Source: Longimicrobiales bacterium (GTDB taxonomy: Bacteria > Gemmatimonadota > Gemmatimonadetes > Longimicrobiales > Gaopeijiaceae). Taken from it: a stretch of DNA of 64,000 nucleotides. The notes beneath the pieces are model-generated. The model had not been told where the DNA came from. It was given only the letters and a program-made list of their open reading frames with translations, and ran no database searches. How positions within the stretch are numbered: position 1 is the first letter of the stretch; every line of letters starts with the position of its first letter. Positions 58,811 through 64,000 of the stretch are shown in pieces. The translations under genes were made by a program, and so were the position numbers. Where the stretch lies: the NCBI GenBank assembly GCA_965202805.1, contig OZ241869.1, positions 1 to 64,000 on the forward strand. The letters are read 5' to 3'.

Positions 58811-60492
58811 TCGAGCCCGAACACGAAGAGCGTGCCGCCGGCCGAACTCACGATGCGCTGGCGCCCGTCGACCTCGTAGGACATGGGGCCGCTGCGCACG
58901 GCCCCGCCCGACTGGAAGTTCCACAGGGGCTCGCCGGTCTCCGCGTCCAGGGCGAAGATGTTGCCCTCGTTGTCCCCGCCGAAGACGAGGTCGCCCGCGG
59001 TCGCCATCGCCCCCGACCACGGGGGGGAGAGCAGAGGGAACTCCCACACGAGCTCGCCGGTCAGGGCGTCGAGCGCCTTGATCGCTCCGCTGGCCTCCTC
59101 GCCCCGCAGCGCCTGTTCGCCGCCGCCCGTGTAGGGCTGTCCGGGCACGTACTCGACGTCCGCCTTGAAGTAGACGGCGCCCATGATGCGGGTGGGCTGG
59201 TAGAAGAGTCCGGTCCGGGGGCTGTAGCTGGGGCTGAACCAGTTGGCCGCGCCCTGCAGGCTGGGCCAGACGAGCACGCCCTCCTCGGTGGGGTCGGTGC
59301 CCGGAATCACGATCGGGCGCCCGTTCTCGTCGAGCCCTTCCGCCCAGGTCTGCTTCGAGTACTCCCTGCCGTGGAGGAACTCCCCGGTCTCGCGGTCGAG
59401 GACGTAGTAGAAGGCGTTTCGGTTGGCGGTCACCACCAGCTTGCGCGGCTCGCCCTCCCATTCGGCGTCCAGCAGCACCTGGATCTGGTTCGCGTCCCAG
59501 TCGTGGGTGTCGTGGGGGGTGAACTGGAAATACCAGATCATCTCCCCGGTGTCGGGATCGAGGGCGAGCAGGCAGTCCGTGTAGAGGTTGTCGCCGGGGC
59601 GGACGTCGCCGTTCCAGTCGGGCGCCGGGTTGCCGATGGGCCAGTAGAGCAGGTCGAGTTCCGGATCGTAGGAGCCGGTGAGCCAGGTGGACCCGCCGCC
59701 GGTCTCCCAGCTGTTGCCGCCCCAGGTCTCGCTCCCGGGCTCCCCGGGCGCGGGGATGGTGTAGGTGCGCCACGCCAGCTCGCCGGTCGCGGCGTCGTAG
59801 GCGTCGAGGTAGCCGCGCACACCGGCCTCCGCCCCGGACACGCCCACGATCACCTTGTCCTTGACCACCAGCGGGGCCAGGGTGAGCGAGAACCCGATCG
59901 CGTTGTCGCCCACTTCGACGTCCCAGCGAACGGCGCCGGAGCGCGCGTCGAGGGCAACGAGGTGTGCGTCGAGCGTACCCACGAACACCGTCGAGTCGAG
60001 CACCGCGACCCCCCGGTTCACTTCCGGAAACCCGATGTTGAGCACGTCCGGTCCCATCTCCGGCGACCAGGTCCAGATCCGGCGCCCGGAGCGCGCGTCG
60101 AGGGCGCTCACGGTGCTCGGGGGCTCGGTCACGTACAGGATGCCGTCCACGGCGATGGGCGTGGTCTCGATGATGCCGTCGTCCATCTGATAGGCCCACA
60201 GCACGCGGAGGTCGCCGACGTTGGAGCGGTCGATCCGGTCCAGCCGGGAGTAGCGGTGCGACGCATAGTTGCCGGAATACGTCAGCCAGTTGTGGGGTTC
60301 GGCGTCGGCGTTGACCAGGCGCTCGAAGGGAACCCGGGTCTGGTCGGGCGTGCCTTCGGGGGCGCTGTCTTCCGGGGCCGGCCCGCATCCCGCAGCGACG
60401 ATCGCGCAGGCCAGCAGTCCGTGGATGAGGGTCGCGGGGGGAGTTCTTCCATGTCCTGCAGGGGCGAGGGATGCGAACCGGTTCATGCTCAT
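58807..60492 (-). CDS. PQQ-dependent dehydrogenase lipoprotein (HDWD motif, no vicinal Cys-Cys)
   Basis: ATGA overlap with the cytochrome gene; lipobox AAGC; NWLTYSG.Y...RYS.L, ETTP, VNRGVA, GAE.GVRG, GDNLYT, FQFTPHDTHDWDANQ. Confidence 0.9.
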   Translation of the reverse strand: MSMNRFASLAPAGHGRTPPATLIHGLLACAIVAAGCGPAPEDSAPEGTPDQTRVPFERLVNADAEPHNWLTYSGNYASHRYSRLDRIDRSNVGDLRVLWAYQMDDGIIETTPIAVDGILYVTEPPSTVSALDARSGRRIWTWSPEMGPDVLNIGFPEVNRGVAVLDSTVFVGTLDAHLVALDARSGAVRWDVEVGDNAIGFSLTLAPLVVKDKVIVGVSGAEAGVRGYLDAYDAATGELAWRTYTIPAPGEPGSETWGGNSWETGGGSTWLTGSYDPELDLLYWPIGNPAPDWNGDVRPGDNLYTDCLLALDPDTGEMIWYFQFTPHDTHDWDANQIQVLLDAEWEGEPRKLVVTANRNAFYYVLDRETGEFLHGREYSKQTWAEGLDENGRPIVIPGTDPTEEGVLVWPSLQGAANWFSPSYSPRTGLFYQPTRIMGAVYFKADVEYVPGQPYTGGGEQALRGEEASGAIKALDALTGELVWEFPLLSPPWSGAMATAGDLVFGGDNEGNIFALDAETGEPLWNFQSGGAVRSGPMSYEVDGRQRIVSSAGGTLFVFGLD

Positions 60493-61319
60493 CCTCCGAG
60501 GCTGGCCAGGTATGCGATGAGGTTGTCGATGTCCTCGCTGGAGAGATTCATCGTTGCCGGCATGAGTGAGTGCCCGAAGCGCTTCTCGAGCTCGGCCAGG
60601 TCCGCCTTGCGCAGCGACACGATCGAACCCGTTCCGGTGATGAGCTGGACGGTGAAGGCGTCCTCGTTGGCGCGCATGCCCTCGTAGACCGTGCCGTCGC
60701 GGGTGACGGCGCGCAGGGGAAGGTACTGGGCGAATCCGCTGCGCGCCCCGGAGCGGAAGACCGGCAGCTCCGCCGAGGGGTCGACCAGGGACGCACGCAG
60801 GTACTCGGGGCCCCGGCGCATGCCGATGCCGGTCAGTTCCGGACCGATGCCGACCCCCCGCCCCTCGACGATGTGGCACGAGTAGCACACGCCCGCGGTC
60901 TCGAAGACCTGGCGGCCGCGCTCCGGGTCGCCGGGGATCTCGACGAGCTGTGCCTGGCGGAGCGAGATGACGTGGGCGGCGACCAGGGCGGCTTCCTCGT
61001 CGGGCAGGATGGTGTCGCGCAGACCGGGCATGCCGGTGCCGGGGATGCCGTCGCGGATGATGTCGATGACCGCTGCGTGGTCCGGCGCGCGCGGCAGGCG
61101 GCTGACCGCCAGCCCCGGTCCCTCGCCACCCAGCCCGAGGACACCGTGGCAGCGCCCGCAGTGGGCCTGGTAGAGCCGCTGCCCGCGCTCGAGTTCCTCG
61201 TCGGAGAAGGAGAGCGCCTCCTGGGCCGCCAGCGGCGCCGTCGCGAGACCGGCGGCCGCGACAAGCGCGAAAGCTGTGGCGAAGGCCAAACGCGTCCTGC
61301 AAATCGATCCTTGCCGCAT
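60489..61319 (-). CDS. Di-heme c-type cytochrome
   Basis: GGAGG RBS; signal peptide; CGRCHG...GIPGTGMP and CYSCH...IGPELT.IG...SLMP. Confidence 0.9.
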   Translation of the reverse strand: MRQGSICRTRLAFATAFALVAAAGLATAPLAAQEALSFSDEELERGQRLYQAHCGRCHGVLGLGGEGPGLAVSRLPRAPDHAAVIDIIRDGIPGTGMPGLRDTILPDEEAALVAAHVISLRQAQLVEIPGDPERGRQVFETAGVCYSCHIVEGRGVGIGPELTGIGMRRGPEYLRASLVDPSAELPVFRSGARSGFAQYLPLRAVTRDGTVYEGMRANEDAFTVQLITGTGSIVSLRKADLAELEKRFGHSLMPATMNLSSEDIDNLIAYLASLGG

Positions 61320-61524
61320 ATCCGCCTCCATTCGAACTCCCCTGCGGCCGTGCCGCGGTGCCGGACGGTCAACCGCCGTGGCGCCGCGGGCCGATCCTCA
61401 TTCTAGGGCGAGCGCGGGGGACGCGCACACGCGAGATGATCGCCGCCGGACCGTGGGCGTGCGCGCGGAGCGCCGGCCTCCGGGACCGGGGGGCCCGCGG
61501 CAGGCGGGACGGCGAAGTACGCGC

Positions 61525-62346
61525 TCAGCCCGCCGCCTGGAATCCGGCGACCCGCCGCAGCGTGCCATCGTAGTCGGCGCGCAGGTGGTTGAAGCCTTCC
61601 TGGACCCCCTGACCCTGAGCCGAGGAGCGCCATCCCACCAGCGCCTCGCCCCGGCACACGCGCACGTCGCCGGTGGGCTCGATGCTCCAGCCGGGCATGA
61701 AGCGGTGGCAGTTGGCGATGTGCAGGCTGAGGCGCTCGATGCCCCGCAACACCGCCCAGTCGTCGCGGAATTCGAGATCGGGGGCGCAGCAGGCGCGCAG
61801 CGACTTGAGCCGGGCGGCCTCGTCCGGTTCGTTCCAGGCTGCCCACCAGGCGGGCAGTGCGCGCGCCAGCCCCGCCGCCAGATCGGTCCTGTTCGCGGAC
61901 AGGGCCAGGCGGCCCAGATGGAAGCGCCAGCCGTCCTCGTGCTCGCGCGCCGTGCGGGCGCTGAGAAAGCCACTGTGGCGGACCTCCACGTGCGCACCCC
62001 CCTGGCCGTCGTTGACGCGGAACTCCACCCGCGACGACGCGGCCGGCATGGTCTCCGCCTGCGGGCCCGACTCGATGCCCCAGGAGAGCGCGAACCGGCG
62101 CCCGAGGTCGTCGAAGTCGAGCACCTCGCCGGCGAGCACCAGTTGGTACTGGGGGAACCGGGCCCGGTAGGGGCTCCCGACCCGGGTCTCGAAGGAGACC
62201 TGACCGCCCATCCAGGCCGAGAAGGGTTCCGGTCCGGAGAGGATGCCCCAGACGGTGTCGGCGCTGGCCTCGATGTGGATGGAAAGCGCGACTTCGGGGG
62301 GTGCGGAATCGCTCCCCTGGCTCGCGTCCGCGCGGCGCTCGCTCAT
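61525..62346 (-). CDS. SRPBCC (Aha1/START-like) plus SnoaL-like two-domain protein
   Basis: I.AS...VW..L.....W, S.VEF, V.HSGF, H..GW...L..L; then W.AWNE.D...R...L..C...LEF.D. Confidence 0.75.
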   Translation of the reverse strand: MSERRADASQGSDSAPPEVALSIHIEASADTVWGILSGPEPFSAWMGGQVSFETRVGSPYRARFPQYQLVLAGEVLDFDDLGRRFALSWGIESGPQAETMPAASSRVEFRVNDGQGGAHVEVRHSGFLSARTAREHEDGWRFHLGRLALSANRTDLAAGLARALPAWWAAWNEPDEAARLKSLRACCAPDLEFRDDWAVLRGIERLSLHIANCHRFMPGWSIEPTGDVRVCRGEALVGWRSSAQGQGVQEGFNHLRADYDGTLRRVAGFQAAG

Positions 62347-62545
62347 CGATTCTCTCCCGGGTGGGGGTGGTCCAGGTCCGGACGGGTGTCTTCCGGGTCG
62401 AGTGTTCGTCGGAGGGTGGTCCCGGTGTGCGGGAAGCTTCACGACGGGGGAAGGGCGGCCTCCCTCGCGCCCCGCCGCGGATGCCGGGCCGCCCGCGGGC
62501 TCCTATTGTAGGTTGCCCGTCCGGCGCAACCAACCCGGGAGACCG

Positions 62546-64000
62546 ATGATGGACCTCAGTGCATGGATGCGCGTCAGAACCCGCTGGAAGATCCGGTCCG
62601 CGTTGGCCGTGGCCTTCCTGGCCATGGCCGCGCACTCGCCTGCGTGCGCGCCACCCGCCGCTGAAGTCGAAGACGAAGCCCTGACCCTCACCTGGGAGAA
62701 CATCTTCACCCGCAACCGGGGCGCCCGTCAGGCTGCGCTCTCGCCCGACGGCGCATGGGTCGCGGTCACTGCGCGCACGGCGGACTTCTCGGGCATCTTT
62801 CTCGTTGCGGTGGATGGTGATCCGGCGCCCGCGCCGTGGGTGGAGGGCTCGTCGCCGGTCTGGTTCAGCGACGGGTCCGGCATCGTCTTCTCGCGGGGCG
62901 GGGACCTTTGGCGGGCGGCGGTGGGATCGAGCGAGCCGACCCGCATCACCGACGACCCGGACGACGAACGGGCCGCGCGGCCATCGCCGGACGGCAGCAC
63001 CATCGCCTTCTACAGCGGGCGCTCGGGCCACCAGGACATCTGGACCGTGCCGGCCGACGGTTCCGCTCCGCCAGCGCAGCTCACGCGCGCCTCCATGGCG
63101 GCGGACGACTTCCGCTTCGCCCCCGCCTGGTCGCCGGACGGGACCCGCGTCGCCTACTACTCCAACCGGAGCGACTACTGGGAGGACGACATTTGGGTGG
63201 TAGAGGTCGCGACCGGCGAGGAGCGGCAGATCTCCAGCAGCCTGATGGCCTCTTCCGCGCCGGTCTGGTCGCCTGACGGATCCCGCATCGCCCTTCTCGG
63301 CACCTCCAAGGACGAGTACTGGTACGAGGACCTCGCCTACATCTACCTCCTCGACCCGGAAGCGGGCACGGAGGAGATCGTTCCCATGCAGGTTCACGCC
63401 ACCGACTGGCTGCACAACCACACCGTCACCTGGGCGGGCGACGGCTCGGAACTCTTCTTCCCCTATCACGAGCGGGCCGAGGTGGAACTGTGGCGGGTGC
63501 CCGTGACCGGGGGCGTTGCGACCCGGGTGACGAACATGGGCGGGTCCTTCCGCGCCTACCACGCCACCCCGGACGGCTCCGCGTTCGTCTTCCTGCGCTC
63601 GACCTCGACTCGCGGTACGGAGGTGGACTACGTCCCGGCCGCGGGCGGGGCGGCGCGCCGGCTCACCCGATTCTCGACCCGGTGGAGGGGGCTGGTCGAG
63701 GCGGAGGAGGTCAGCTACCGCAGCTGGGACGGCCTCTATATCCAGGGCTTTCTATTCCGGCCGCCGGGCTTCCCCGAACACTATGGTACGACAATATCAG
63801 ACGACTATGCGACATATCCCGCACTGGTCATGGTCCATGGGGGCGGCACCAACTCCTATCTCAAGGGGCTGAGCCTCACCGAGCAGTATCTGGCGCAACT
63901 GGGGTATGTGGTCCTGGCCGTCAACTATCGGGGCGGCTCGGGCTTCGGGCGCGAGTTCCAGGACCTGGGCGTGGGGGACTGGGCCAACGGGCAGGCCCTC
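62546..64000 (+). CDS. S9 family peptidase with TolB-like PD40 repeats; truncated by the window end and absent from the ORF track
   Basis: Frame open from ATG 62546; signal peptide; repeated SPDG/WSPDG; S.DGL.IQGFL.RP, YPALV.VHGG, GYVVLAVNYRG.SGFG.EF. Confidence 0.9.
   Translation, partial: MMDLSAWMRVRTRWKIRSALAVAFLAMAAHSPACAPPAAEVEDEALTLTWENIFTRNRGARQAALSPDGAWVAVTARTADFSGIFLVAVDGDPAPAPWVEGSSPVWFSDGSGIVFSRGGDLWRAAVGSSEPTRITDDPDDERAARPSPDGSTIAFYSGRSGHQDIWTVPADGSAPPAQLTRASMAADDFRFAPAWSPDGTRVAYYSNRSDYWEDDIWVVEVATGEERQISSSLMASSAPVWSPDGSRIALLGTSKDEYWYEDLAYIYLLDPEAGTEEIVPMQVHATDWLHNHTVTWAGDGSELFFPYHERAEVELWRVPVTGGVATRVTNMGGSFRAYHATPDGSAFVFLRSTSTRGTEVDYVPAAGGAARRLTRFSTRWRGLVEAEEVSYRSWDGLYIQGFLFRPPGFPEHYGTTISDDYATYPALVMVHGGGTNSYLKGLSLTEQYLAQLGYVVLAVNYRGGSGFGREFQDLGVGDWANGQAL

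Noticed and set aside
58767..58812. Possible mini-CRISPR array here or at 22616-22658
   Set aside because: The repeats are too short or too few, there are no unique spacers, and no cas genes are present.
58807..61302. 831-aa ORF suggesting a long N-terminal extension on the PQQ dehydrogenase
   Set aside because: The extension is an Arg/Pro-rich off-frame reading of the cytochrome gene; the ATGA overlap and lipobox place the start at 60492 or 60486.
1..64000. Mobile elements, defence systems, tRNA/rRNA, stop-codon recoding
   Set aside because: I saw no transposase, integrase, nuclease or reverse transcriptase motifs, no structured RNA genes, and no in-frame stop splitting a conserved domain.

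Overview
High-GC bacterial chromosomal segment of about 50 genes. Gene content and style (SusC/SusD, stand-alone TonB plug, DUF5916-like protein, lexA-tadA, pyrR-pyrB-pyrC, rpsT/M50-scpA-scpB-rluB) suggest Gemmatimonadota; this is an inference. I found no rRNA, tRNA, CRISPR array, prophage, integrase or transposase. Main blocks: (1) 3.1-20.6 kb, a polysaccharide-utilisation-like locus: plug lipoprotein, susC, susD, Nramp-fold transporter, nagB-like, PL26/YetA-like lyase, PQQ-cytochrome c dehydrogenase, secreted amidohydrolase, uxuB-uxuA-eda-kdgK. (2) A GntR-ABC module with a frameshifted permease. (3) A serine hydrolase, a CDGSH protein and ispG. (4) MFP-TolC-RND-RND-gltX. (5) A LexA lacking its cleavage site and both catalytic residues, followed by tadA. 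(6) pyr and scpAB core genes. (7) Envelope proteins, a di-heme cytochrome c with a probable lanthanide-type PQQ dehydrogenase, and a truncated S9 peptidase. The most unusual observations are the protease-dead LexA, recurrent 'bridge' mini-ORFs overlapping both the upstream stop and the downstream start, an oxidative-looking sugar-acid locus without uxaC, and AT-rich operator-like repeats stranded between convergent genes. All product calls come from motif recognition by eye; no database search was run.
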